A stretch of 64,000 nucleotides of DNA from Zootoca vivipara (Eukaryota): assembly GCF_963506605.1 (NCBI RefSeq), contig NC_083279.1, positions 56,916,001-56,980,000 on the forward strand, in the 5' to 3' direction. Position numbers and translations under genes: made by a program. Below, piece after piece: positions 11,731 to 24,100 of the stretch (its first letter is position 1; the number at the start of each line of letters is the position of its first letter). The notes below the pieces were generated by a model that saw only the letters and a program-made list of their open reading frames with translations, ran no database searches and had not been told where the DNA came from.

Positions 11731-13109
11731 TAATTTCTGTTCAGCCATGACTATTTTTAACCTTTTTCTGCAAGCATCAGTAGCAGTCAATGATACGAAG
11801 CTTCATTGCCAGAGAAATGCACAACTCAATGGAGTCATACTACATATTATGAAGGGGCGAACTTGCCATTGGAGTTCTTTCAGTAGCAAACCTCAGTTTC
11901 TTATAATATGTAACCTTTACAATACATTTTTCCTGCAGAAATATCGTGAACCAATTTTAAACAGCATTAGGGGGTTTTATGTTTAAAAAAGTGAAAGAGC
12001 ACATTGGCAACATTTTGAAGGTTCTTTAAAAATGGCACATAATAAGACTTTGTCCTAACTGGAAACATTAGGGAAAAAACATATATTATATTATTAATGC
12101 CCAACAAAGCCATTAATGTTATATTTCATTTCCCTTTTCCACCCTAGGAATTTGTGCAGTGTAATAAATTCAGGGTTCAGCATTCAATCTAATAAAGGAT
12201 TTGATGTATCAGCTCTTCTTTAGAATTTGGCTCTAGCTGTATTTTAATTGGAATATATTATCTCCTACCTTAGGCAAGTAATTCCTTACTGTGCTGATAG
12301 CATGCTTCGCACAAGGATTTGCCTGTGCAAATATAACTGGATGCTGCCAAATTGAATTATGAAAATTGAATAGTTTTGGGGGGGAAACAAATGGATGCAA
12401 AGAGGGAAGAGGGGGGAAAAACCTGGACCAACCATACATTTCTAACCCATTGATTCCTAACAACAAACCTGTAAGATGGCTTCAGCTGAGTGATGGTTTC
12501 TTGCTCATGACCACACAACCCTATGAGATTCATGACTCAGCAGAAATTTAAACTTTGGTCTCCCAGAGTGAAGACCAAGATTTTCTGTTGCACTGGATTG
12601 CAAATTACAATGGTGCCCTAGACAGACTAGCAGCCTAGGAGAAAAGTTAAATCTTCTGAAGTCCTTCAATACTTTCAGCTCCTCAGTTCAGAAATAACAG
12701 CAGCCAATAATGGGGATGAGATCCTAGAGAACTTCCATTATTTTAATAACTTCCTGGAATGGTTCCAGACATTATTGTATTTTATCATTTGGAAACATCC
12801 ACTTTGTGAAGCAGCTAGAGCTGTTGAAATGATCATGATGGACAGGATGAGAAGATAGTGCAGCCCTTCATAATCTCCTTGTAATATTGTCGCATTACAT
12901 TGGAGGATGCCAGTGGGGAGTGGCGTCGTCGTCGTCATGAAGCCATGCGCTGACAACAAACAAAAATGAACCCTGTGCATATTGGAAAAAGCAATAAATC
13001 CTATTACAAATTCAAAATGGAATCAACACTATACTAAAAGAGTGGGACTGGAAACAAAAAAAGTCATATTTTCAAAGCAGATTTGGCAAATGGTGCCTTA
13101 CGCCCAACT

Positions 13110-13285
13110 ATCAGCAGTATGCTGATGACACACAGCTCTACCTTTCCTTTACATCTGCAGGTGAGGCAGTGGATGTGCTGGACCAATGTCTTGCCTCAGT
13201 AACAGGCTGGATAAGAGTCAACAAACTGAAGCTCAATGCAGATAAGATTAAGCAACTGTTAATAGTGGTTCCAGATACCGGATGG
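13110..13285 (+). mobile_element. L2 reverse transcriptase fragment
   Basis: Translates QQYADDTQLYLSF...WIRVNKLKLNADK, including the YADD motif. Confidence 0.85.
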
Positions 13286-14345
13286 GAGGAAGGAGACTTG
13301 CTTTGTATTTTTGTGTTTCTTTAAAAAAGAAACTATGGGATTCGGGTTGGTGTACTGGACCAGACCTTTGACAGTGAAAGAAAGGCATAATAGTTGTAAC
13401 CAATCATAATTGCATAGAGAGCTAACAGTTACAGGAAAAAATCATGCAAAATGGGACATGCAAGTAACCATTTTCAAAACCTCAGGGGAGATACTGCCAG
13501 CCAAGGAACTTTCAGAGTAACAATGCTAGCTAGCTAGCTAGATGATGTAGGCATAAAATAAGACTTTTCTTGTTTTTAAAAAAGAAAATATATTTACCAT
13601 AACTCCACCTTTTGTAATAACATATTTTCCATTATCTAAGTTCCTAATTAATAGAATGTTGTATGACTTTTTTGATTGTGTCTACTTGTATAATATACCT
13701 ATTTTATGTTATTTTATATTTTCTTTTCATGGCAATAATTTAATGCATACAGGGATTAGGAAAAATAAAGAAACCATTTAATAATGCAAGGTTGAGACTG
13801 CAAGGTTAATCATATTTTTAGTGGAAGTGAATGCAAAATTTGTAATCTAATCATTTCAGTCTCACTGGAAAAGTAAGGAATCAGACATATGGTCCTACAG
13901 CCTCACTGTATCCATATTCTTCTTTTGATGAGCATTGTCTGAATAGGACTGTTGTTCTATGGGGAAAATGTAGGCTACACATGGCTAAAGCAGAATCTGT
14001 ATCATGGGTTAAGCAGGCAATTTACAGTGGGCACATGTGAGCGGAGGCTCCTGCTGATGCACAGGAACAAGCACTGACAGCTTTCCATTGCTCTCTGCTC
14101 CCACCCCCTAACCCCAATAATCTGTTTATGTATACTTGTGTTCAGTGAAAACTGGAGGGATTGGGATTGGGTAGTGATGCTGCTAATCTCCAAATGGAAA
14201 GTGTGCAGTAGTCTGCATTGTGAGAGCTACATAATCACTTATTTATGTACATTGGCTCTTTGTGTACAGTCTATCCCGCTACATCCAGCCAATTGGGCTC
14301 TTTAGAAATTCACACATATTTTCCAGTTCTTGTAACATGTGAACT

Positions 14346-14506
14346 CAATGGTGGAGCAACATGCTGCAGCCCCCGGAGTGGAGAACAGGTGGGGGCGTTG
14401 CCCGGGGGGGGCAATGGCGCATGTCATGGGGGGCAGCCATAATGGCACCATTTCCCCAAATGGTACCGGTGTGGCGCGCTCCCCCGCCCCCCTTCGTACA
14501 CCAGTG
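14346..14506. mobile_element. GC-rich non-autonomous hAT element
   Basis: Perfect 8-bp TSD TGTGAACT (14338-14345 / 14507-14514) and imperfect TIRs caatggtggagc / cgtacaccagtg. Confidence 0.8.
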
Positions 14507-14606
14507 TGTGAACTTCATAAATACCCTCTTCCCACTGTATATGCATCTGGACGAGAATCTTAGTTTTCTTAAGAATGCTGATAAAGAATCAAAAATAATA
14601 AGTCTA

Positions 14607-14762
14607 GGACATAGGGATGTAGGAAGCTGCTTTTTGATGAATCAGACCATTGATTGGTCCATCCAGCTAAATATTGCCTATAATTACCAGTAGCTGCTCT
14701 GCAGTATTTAAGGCAGAAGATTCTCCTAGCTCTACTTGGAGATGCCAAGGATTGAACCTGGA
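14607..14762 (-). mobile_element. Degenerate squamate SINE fragment
   Basis: ggaagctgc...tcagaccattg..ggtccatccagc...ggagatgccaaggattgaacctgg, which has a B-box-like GGTTCAATCC on the minus strand. A related copy lies at ~50778-50905 (+). Confidence 0.55.
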
Positions 14763-14836
14763 AATTAACACTGGTCCTAAAGGATCTTTATTAGCTCCCA
14801 GTGCATTTCCAAGCATAATTCAAACTGCTGAATTAC

Positions 14837-15211
14837 CTTTAAAGCCCTCTAAACAGCCTCGGCCCAGCATACCTGAAGGAGTGTCTCCACTCTGATCGCT
14901 CAGCCTGGACACTGAGATCCTCCTCTGAGGGCCTTCTGGTGGTTCCCTCACTGTGAGAAGTGAAGTTACAGGGAACCAGGCAGAGGACCTTCTCAGTAGT
15001 GGCACCCACCCTGTGGAACACCCTCCCTTCAGATGTCAAAGAAATAAACAACTATCTGACGTTTAGAAGACATCTGAAGGCAGCCCTGTTTAGGGAAGTT
15101 TTTAACATTTGATGTTTTGTCGTGTTTTTACTATTCTGCTGGGAACCACCCAGTATGGCTAGAGAAACCCAGCCAGATGGACGGGGTATTAATCATCATA
15201 ATCATAATCAT
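14837..15211 (+). mobile_element. 5'-truncated L2 LINE
   Basis: Same sequence as the 3' end of 39697-41393 in the opposite orientation, ending in an (ATCATA)n tail. Confidence 0.9.
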
Positions 15212-16128
15212 AGCAGTTTGCACAGTGCATACTGAAATTGAAGGGTGTGAGAACGAAGCCCGGGCTTCTGCAATCTCCTTTGTTGCATGCCAAGTTCCAG
15301 AAATTTGGCTTCAAAACACAAGTGGGGCTTTCCCATATGGGACCCCATTCTCGAAAAAGGTTGTGCACAGGGTAGCCAAGAGTTATGAGTCTGAGTATTG
15401 CCATATGAATAATCAGTGTTTTGATTTTTGTTAAAAAATGAGGTACTGGGCCTGATGGGTGCCAGCAGAAAATGGCTGCCATGGGCAGCAAAATAAGAGG
15501 TACCAGGGCTCCATACCATTGGGTACTGTCACAAACAAAGCCTTGTGAATAACCACTCACCTAGTTACATGTGGGCTTCAATGCTCATACTTATTTTTCT
15601 TTTAAATCTACTTATTCTAAGAAAGTGTAGTCCATATATCTCAGGGATAACAAACAACATGTCCACCAGATAATGTTGGACTGCAACTCCCATCATCCAT
15701 TGGACATGGAAGGTGAGCTGATAAGAGTTGGGTTCCAACAACATCTGGAGGCTACCAAGTTGGCTATCCCCAATATAACACAATACTCCGTTTCTGACAG
15801 CAGCTTAGCAGGTTGCTTTGAAAGTGTACCAAACTCTCCAGTGCCTTGGTTGGGATGGGGAGCTAACAGACAACATGGAATACTTGAGACTAGGAATCTT
15901 GAATTAGTATCCATCCCCATTTAGTCTCTGTGGTGCACACAAATAAGTTTCAGGGGCTAAGAAAAAGGAGGCAACCCCATTAATTCACACCAACTCCATG
16001 GGATACTACAAACCCAGATAGTGTGTTTCAGGAGTGAAATATGCTGGACCTTGGACTATTTGGAGAAGGTAAGCAGTGGCCACAACCTTTTATGTGCAGT
16101 TAGGAATTCAAGGAGACAATATATTATC

Positions 16129-16856
16129 TTTTTTTTTTAAATGTTTTTTATTTATTTCAATCATTAAAAAACATACATATATTTACATACAAATTAAGAC
16201 AAAAAGAAACACCAAAGATACAATATATCATTTGATTTACATCTTAGCAATCAAAAAAAAAAATAGAAAGACACGGAAAAAGAAAAAGGAAAGATGAAAA
16301 AAAGGGAAGAAGAAGAAAAAGAAAAAAGAAAAAGAAACAGAAAAGGCGAGAAAAAAAATACAAAAATTACAAACAATACGTAAAATACCAACAACTTCCA
16401 GTCATCTCTCTGTAGCTAGTACTATTCGTTTTCATCATCCGCAAAATAAATTCCTTATTATCTATCTCTTTACCCTTCACCTTGGTTCGGTTTTGTCTGC
16501 TTGGGGTGTTATTTACTTAATTGTTTTTATATACTCATCAAAAATCCTCCATTCCTTTTTTATTCTTTGTCTTGTTTGCCCTCTAATTCTCCCAGTGGTT
16601 CTGGCTAGCTGTGAGTATTCTTTCATTAGTATTTGCCAATCTGTTATACTAGGGGTGTTTCTACTTTTCCAGTTCCTAGCGATCAGCACCCTCGCGGCTA
16701 CAATACCATACATTAATAATTTTCTATTTACATCTCCTATATCCTCCGGTATTATATTTAATAGGAACATTTCTGGTTTTTTCGTAATTTTACATTTTAA
16801 CATTCTCTTTAACTCTTCATAAATCTTCTCCCAGTATGTCCTTATCTCTGCACATT
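16129..16856 (-). mobile_element. 5'-truncated L1 LINE (ORF2 C-terminus + 3'UTR + poly(A))
   Basis: 19-bp TSD AAGGAGACAATATATTATC (16110-16128 / 16857-16875), T-run at 16129, and peptide KPEMFLL...AARVLIARNWKS..P...DW...W typical of the L1 ORF2 end. Confidence 0.92.
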
Positions 16857-18027
16857 AAGGAGACAATATATTATCATAGGACAATTCAACCCAAATGCCG
16901 CATTCACATTTCAGTCTATAACAAGGACTGAGTGGTGCAGAACAATCTAGCCTTGATAGAAGCTGAGGAAGAGAATGTAGCCTTTCATATAGGACACACC
17001 CCATGAGATGCAGCCTTTCTCCATGGCTTTCAAAAAGCAGGGAGTAGGTTTGCCAAATCCTGAAACCACTCCAATTACATTAATAAAAATAGATTTAATA
17101 TTTGCTGTCGCCAGTCAAAAGCTGCTGTCTGCCTTATTATTGTTGCTGACGCTGCCTGGAAAGGCAACCTTTCCCCTGCATTTTCCAGGAGCAAAATGTC
17201 ACATAAAAGGGACCCATCCGCTGCATTATGCATCTAAGAAGAAAGGTAGCCTAGTTTACTACACATTTTAAGCTCCAACCAAGGAGATCTGCCAGGCAAA
17301 GCCAGAACACCACGTAACCGACCTGAGCCCTTAATCTGTCCTGATAGCATAAGAAAGCCAGCACGGTCTTTCATAGTGAATGACTCCAGTTGGTATTTAA
17401 ATTTATGTGAAAAGAAATCAGCCTAAAAATATAACTTAAGTCTGATGTATTTTTCTAGGTTAGCTCTGCCTTATTTAGTCAGCTTCATTACATGCCCAGT
17501 GACATAAAACCAGGTGGCAGTTGACACACTAAACCACTCTAAGCAGGTCACCATCTACTCCAATGTCAATCATTTGCCCGGGGTCAGGAAATAGAACTAG
17601 GCCATGATTTCATTTCCGAAAAAAATAAGACTTGCCTTTGTTTCTTGTTAGTCTGATTCGCTTTGCACATTATTGGGCCATGTTCTAGCTGGAAAATGGG
17701 CAGGAAGAATTGTCTGGGGAAGGGAAAAGGAAGCCCTTTTCAAAGGCAAGTGGTTTGTAGGTGATCTTGGTTAAAAACATCTCCCTGCCTGTTTGTTGAT
17801 AAGGCTACTGAATGGGGCAAGTTAACAGTCACTTAGGACTATTTATTAATTAGCATTGCCTCTCCCTGCCTCCGGCAATAATCACTTCAAATTTCACACT
17901 GGAGCTCCTGTGATAAAATGAACGGATGTTGAAGGACTATGTAGCCAAATATATATTCTGCCTCAGATTTTCAGTGGTTTTGTTTTTATAAAAAAGGGAC
18001 TTCATTTGGTCTTCATTAACACAGGAT

Positions 18028-18270
18028 CTATTTTTATTTTGTTTGTTTAAAATATACATATGCCACCCTTTCACCATGTTCTCAGGGTGGTTTATAGGAA
18101 AGGGGGGGAAAACACATTTGAATACACAATTAGAACAGTAAAACATATGAAAGCAGCATAAAAAAACAAAGGTGTTTAAATCAGGAATGAATTTAAAGGC
18201 CTAAGAAAATAAGGAGGTCTTCACATGGTGCTGAAATGGCGTAACTTGTGGAATTCCCTCCTCACAGAGA
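18028..18270 (-). mobile_element. Old L2-type 3' tail
   Basis: T-rich tail, then atgccaccctt...ctcagggtggttta, the L2 3' terminal motif pattern. Confidence 0.5.
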
Positions 18271-18300
18271 CATATCTGCTATCTTCACTATACTGTATAT

Positions 18301-18436
18301 CAGGCATCCCCAAACTTCGGCCCTCCAGATGTTTTGGACTACAATTCCCATCATCCCTGACCACTGGTCCTGTTAGCTAGGGATCATGGGAGTTGTAGGC
18401 CAAAACATCTGGAGGGCCACAGTTTGGGGATGCCTG
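18301..18436. mobile_element. 136-bp palindromic hAT MITE
   Basis: TIR caggcatccccaaact / agtttggggatgcctg and perfect TSD CTGTATAT (18293-18300 / 18437-18444). Confidence 0.95.
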
Positions 18437-18569
18437 CTGTATATCTTTCAGCAAATGCTGAAGGCACACTACTTTACCTTGCCCTTTGACACCCAAGATG
18501 TATGGATTTAGGACCCACCCAATTACTGTGACTATAATTTAACTGCTGGTGAAAGGTGGCAACACAATG

Positions 18570-19036
18570 CAGGGGTGTAGCAAGGAGGGCGTAGGGGGCG
18601 GGGCACCCCGGGTTCCACACTGGAGGGGGTGACACTCGGTGCGCCACAACTCTCAAGCCGAGTTCCGTGGCAGCGCCCGGTAAAAAGTCTCGCTTGGTGC
18701 CACGCGGCGGCTAGCTTCCAGCTGCCACTGCACCAAACAAGGCTTTCTTTTTACCGGGTGCCACCACGGCGCTCGGTTTGGGAGTCGCGGGGGGCACCCC
18801 GCAGCACAGCGTTGCACGCCGTCTGCCGTAAAAAGAAAGCCTTGCTTGGTGCAGCAGCAGCTGGAAGCTAGCCGCCGTGTTGCATTGAGCGAGACTTTCT
18901 TTTTACCGGAAGCCACCTCGGCACTTGGCTTGGGAGTTATGGGGGGGCACGCAGCGTTGCACGATGTCTGCGCATGCGCCAAACATTGCAATGCCCCACC
19001 CCTGGGTTTGCCGCCCCAGGTGCCGCTTTGGCTTCC
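18570..19036. mobile_element. GC-rich non-autonomous hAT-like element, right end in assembly gap
   Basis: Starts caggggtgtagc, is CpG-rich, has an internal inverted repeat, and shares subterminal motifs (ggggtgaca) with 61085-61436. Confidence 0.7.
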
Positions 19037-19178
19037 NNNNNNNNNNNNNNNNNNNNNNNNNNNNNNNNNNNNNNNNNNNNNNNNNNNNNNNNNNNNNNNN
19101 NNNNNNNNNNNNNNNNNNNNNNNNNNNNNNNNNNNNNNNNNNNNNNNNNNNNNNNNNNNNNNNNNNNNNNNNNNNNNN
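19037..19178. other. Assembly gap (142 N)
   Basis: Run of N. Confidence 1.
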
Positions 19179-19804
19179 AAGTTGTTGAGCTTTCTGAGCA
19201 ATGTTGTGAGCTGGGTTGCCGACATGGCTTGCCATACAACCAGATTTCCCCAGACATTTTACTGATTTCTGCTCAGACACTGCTTCCAATGTATGGCAAC
19301 CCTAATAGGTGCTGAAAGCAACCCTCACTATCCAGACATTGGGACTCTCTCCAGACCACACCTCTTACCTGGCCTGTTCCAAGTTCTCCTTGATTCCTTC
19401 TATCTGGATGGAATGTATCATTGAACTGTGATAATACATCTCATCTAACTGGATGGAGGTGTGTGCATGTGTGTATAAAGAATTCTCACTTTTGTGTGGA
19501 AGGGATATAGAAAGGCAAGACTCACACATACTGCTCCATCCATTTTCACCTGTGACTCCATCCACTTTTTACTGCTGGCCTTGCCAATCACCAGCATTCA
19601 GCTTGCAGAAGGTAGTCCAGGATAAAATGTGGCCTTTAGCCTGAAAACAGATCCTCACCCCTGACACAGGGCACAGTGAGGTGCCACCACTGAAAAGGCC
19701 CCAACTATGCTAATATACTCACCCAAAAGTCGTCACTTAAGATTCTTGCCTCCCATTTACTGTCTTTTTTTAACTGCTAAACTAAAACGATTCACTACTT
19801 TAAA

Positions 19805-20110
19805 AGGTCATGTGCTGCTAAGCACTCCTGTGCTGAAGGAATTGTACTGGCTGCCAATTTGCTATCAAGCCAAGTTTAAGGTGATTTTACTAGCTTACAA
19901 AATGCTAAACAGCTCAGGACTAGGCTGTCTGAGAGAATGCCCCATATTGATGAGCCCAACCATTTCAAACATCACAGGATGCCTTCCTCATCATGCCATT
20001 TCTTACAGAAATACATCTCATGACGATATGGAGACGGGCTTTCTCAATGGTGACATCCATTTTGTGGAATACTCTCTCCTCACAGATCCACCAGGCTTCC
20101 ATGTTCATAT
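19805..20110 (+). mobile_element. Old L2 ORF2 fragment
   Basis: Translates TPVLKELYWLPICYQAKFKVILLAYKMLN..G..CLRE, matching the L2 LHWLP..R..FK motif. Confidence 0.8.
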
Positions 20111-20989
20111 TTTGATTACAAAAAAACTTACTGCTTTGTGGATATTACACTTACGTATTTTTATTATTGACTTCTCCAGTCATGTTGTGAACCACCTTAC
20201 AAATCTTGCCACGCCACCAAGCGGGAGGAGACATCTTACTTCCCATCTGGCAGCAAAACTGGGTGGTGGAATGCCTCCCTTCTTACTGACTTGGGTGGAG
20301 ATGAGGTGTTCTGCAGGGCTTTGCCACTGGTCCCTCTCTGGCCCTAGAGGCCAGGGAGACTGGCAATGAAGCCGGACAGTGGAATGGGGCTACTGGCTCT
20401 TGTGTGGGTATGTGGGTGTGCTTCAGACATTACTCCTGTGGAGTGAGATTAACCCAACTGGAAGCAAGAGTTTGTTTGGGGGGGGTTGGTTTTTTTTAGC
20501 AGTTACTGTACTGTATCAGTAGCATATGAACTGAACCTATGCCTCCAATAAATACACAGCACAGGTGTTGTGGAAAAGAAAATGGTTTTGTGTGGCAGGG
20601 AAAGAACACCAGTGTTGTTCCTATCACTGAATAAATCCAATGAACAGAATCATGGATAAGGAGGACAGCAAGCAGCAGACTAGTCCTAGAAACATACCTG
20701 TTGTTGCTATCTGTTGTTGCTGCATCTACACTCTGTCTTACATGACAAATCCACCCTGCTGTGCTGTGTGTCAGCAGCATTCATACTCCAATGACTTACT
20801 AACTGTTATTAGAAGTTCACCGGTATAGTTGGCTAATGAATGGCTTAAGTCAGCTTCTGCAAATATAAGTAGCCACTAATTAAAGTAACTACAGGCTCTT
20901 TTTGTGCTCTGAGCTAGGCTCTTGTGACTGTACCACCCTTGCTCTTGGTCAGAGAGTTGGGCTTGCATATTATGTAAGTGAGTGAGATA

Positions 20990-21170
20990 TGTGAGTGAGA
21001 TGATTTGATGGACATCCTATGCCTTTTTAAAATGTGTTTGGGAAGTAATTGGGTTGTTGTTTTTATTTTGATTATGTACTTTGTGGCTTTATATTCTGGT
21101 TTTACCCTGTGTACCTCCCTGAGACCTGAGTATACAGGGTAGTATATAAATTCAACAAACAATAAAGAAA
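20990..21170 (+). mobile_element. L2-type 3' tail
   Basis: T-rich 3'UTR followed by ccctgaga...agggtagtatataaatt and an A-rich end. Confidence 0.5.
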
Positions 21171-24100
21171 TAATATGAAACTATGACATCTCAAACCATA
21201 CACCAGCCACAAACCCACTACTACTATGTAATATTAAGCAAACCATTATCTGCTACCGGTATCAGCCTCCCACAATCAGCAACATGGTGATAATAATTCT
21301 AGTCTGCTTCTCACTGCTGTTGTAAGAATTGCTGAGTTAATCTATATGTAAACAGTTCTGAACACTGGAAGCAAACCTTTTAATTGGTAAAAATCAGTAT
21401 TCCCACTCTAGTTGAACGGCAGTGGCTAAAACACCATATAAACCGCCTGCTTGCTGTCTTAGACTCTCATTCTAACCCCTTTTCTGTGTTACAGAACCTG
21501 TAGAACTTGAGACACATGTCTTAATGCTTGTCAGGTAAGAAGTTCACACAAGTAGCCACACCAGCCTGGATAGCCCTTTCTTCCAATAGCCCAGTGGGTT
21601 CCTCACAACAGCTTCTAAAGAAGGCTTGCTTGCTCATCTGAGCAAGAAAGATACCTGCTCTTGTAGGCAGCAAGCCTTTGGCCTGTTGAATGTACAGGCA
21701 TTGGATCCGAAAATAACAGACATGCTTTGTGTATCATCCCTGCATATTTTTCCATGGCAGTCACGGTAACACCTCTTTTTCCGGCTGAACCATTTCAGTT
21801 CACAATATTGGCACATCAGAATGGGCTGCTCTCTTGTGCTGTCTCAGCATTAGCTGTGCTGCAGTCATGATGACTGGTGCGGCAGTTCACAGAACTAGGC
21901 TAAGAGACTGAGGGAATGTCTTGGTGGTCATGCCGCTGGACAACCTAAATTGGAATATTTATTTATCCGTAGCTTTCCATTTCTAGTTCCCATTTCTCAG
22001 TGGCTCAGGGCAGGTCTGAAAGAAGAAACTTTCAACTGAAATCAGAGTAAAATGGTTCCAAGCCTGACTGTCATGACCATGTGTCATATGTAATTGCCTC
22101 TCAAGAGCTCTTTATGACGAGTCTTTCCCCCAACAGAAGGCCTTGGCTGAAAATGTTTATAGGCATTCTTTAAAGGCCCATGTCTAGCTGAAAGCAAACT
22201 CTTTGACTTCGTAGCTCTGGCAAAAGTCTTTTCTAATTCCTCAGCATAGAATATGTTATTGAGACTGATGCTAGAGAAATTATTCAGCTTTAACTTGTTC
22301 AGAATCAGGTGTATGAATAGATTCTGATTTGGCAACTTTTCTCAGAGATAATGTTCTTTGCTGATCTATGATCACTTTTAAATCAGTGTGATTTTTTCCC
22401 CCTTTTATGTTTCTGAGACAAACATTGTTGATGAGAGTTATCAGCGGGAGTTGAGCATTAAAATACAAATCATCATTCCAAAGTCAGTGCTGATGAATTT
22501 CTTCTCTTTATATCCATTGGAGAAACACTTCTCTACAGTGCAAGGTTATATACTTCAGGATCACAGAGTAATTGTACCCCCAGAGCATATCAGTTCAAAT
22601 TATATGCAGGGCATTGTGGCATATGTCATATGAATTCCCTGGTCAAATGCTATCTAATGATGACCTGAGCTGGCTCAGGTTTCCATTCTGCAAAAATTGC
22701 AAACTGTGATCTTCATTATAATGTATAATTAATGGGCAGCAATGACTTTACATTTGCAGTCATAGACATAACCATATTTTTACAGCAAGATCATGGAGCT
22801 TTCACCAGCTTCACTGTGATAGTTGTGCCACTTCAATTAGCTTTCGGACTGTCCTCCTATGTCACATTTACTAAGACCCATATAAATTAATGCTGCTTCA
22901 CTTCCTGAAGGTTCAGAGCCATCACTTACAATCTGCAATTTACTGCTGCAAACTCAGATACTATCGTTTGCGGTACTCCATAGCCACTGGGAATTCAAGG
23001 AAAGTTACAATGCAAGTAGTGTATACCATTTTACAGTGCAGCAGTGGAAAAACACTAAAGTGATTATCTTTGCCCAAAATTTTTACCATTCCTCTAAAAC
23101 ATTGTGATGCTGTTAGAAAGTAAAGGAAGTGTTGTTGTTGTTTTTTGAAAAATGAACAAAACGACAACAGCACAAGAAATCACTTCCATGTTCAAGTCTG
23201 GAAAGAAGTTACCACAGGCAGCTATTGTTTCTACATGGGCACAGATTCTAGATGTTCATGCACAGGGGGTACCGCAAACAGGCTCTCACCAAGGCCATAC
23301 TTCCATTTCCTCTGCCATCTCTTGTAGCTCCACTATGCTAGATACAAAACAGTGCTTCTAGGTACAGTTGATAACATGAAAATCTCCTCCTGCTTCTCAT
23401 GAACTTCTGTCCATCAGCCTCCTTCAGGGCTCAAGCTTACAGGCTGTATTTCCTCACTTCCTATTGGTTACTGATACGCAGTTCCCTTTATCAACACGAT
23501 TTCTGCTTCCTCTGAAAAAACTGATGCATAATTTGTATGTCAAATTCATATCATTTCCCTATTTCCAGCGGTGTGAATGAACAAGGACTATCTGATAGGA
23601 AAAGATAACACCTGTCTACCTCTAAAGGGGAAAAGTAGCATTAATCTTGTTTCAGAGCATTGCTGATGAAAGTCGTTGCACAGACATCAATCAACTTGAA
23701 GTAAGTTTTTTTATTCAATTCAACAATTCCATTTCTCAAGCAACACAGGGAGAAAGACACTCATGGATTGGTGTTTGGTCTATTATATGCAGCAAGTTTG
23801 TTTTACTCCAGAGATAGGGAACCTGTTGCCCTCCAACAGCATATGGACTCCACTGTGTCCGGATAGAGGTGTGACATTTCTGGTCATTGGCCATACTGTC
23901 TGATTGAAGTAGGAGCCCAGAAACATCGAGAGTGCCACAGGTTCCCATTTAGTGTACCTGGCTTCTTTTGGTACCAGTTCAACACATAAGCACTACTGTT
24001 TGACTTTAGTGGGACATCCACATTTCCACCACAGTCACCACAGTTATGAATATGAATATTGACCAGAGAAATAGCCATGCTTTCTGAAGTAGAAAAACTG

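Noticed and set aside
18653-19315. ORFs spanning X residues (also 57418-57799)
   Set aside because: Artefacts of translating through N gaps.
23884-24078. LNWYQKKPG looks like immunoglobulin V framework 2
   Set aside because: No correctly spaced Cys, no DxAxYYC, no recombination signal; treated as coincidence.
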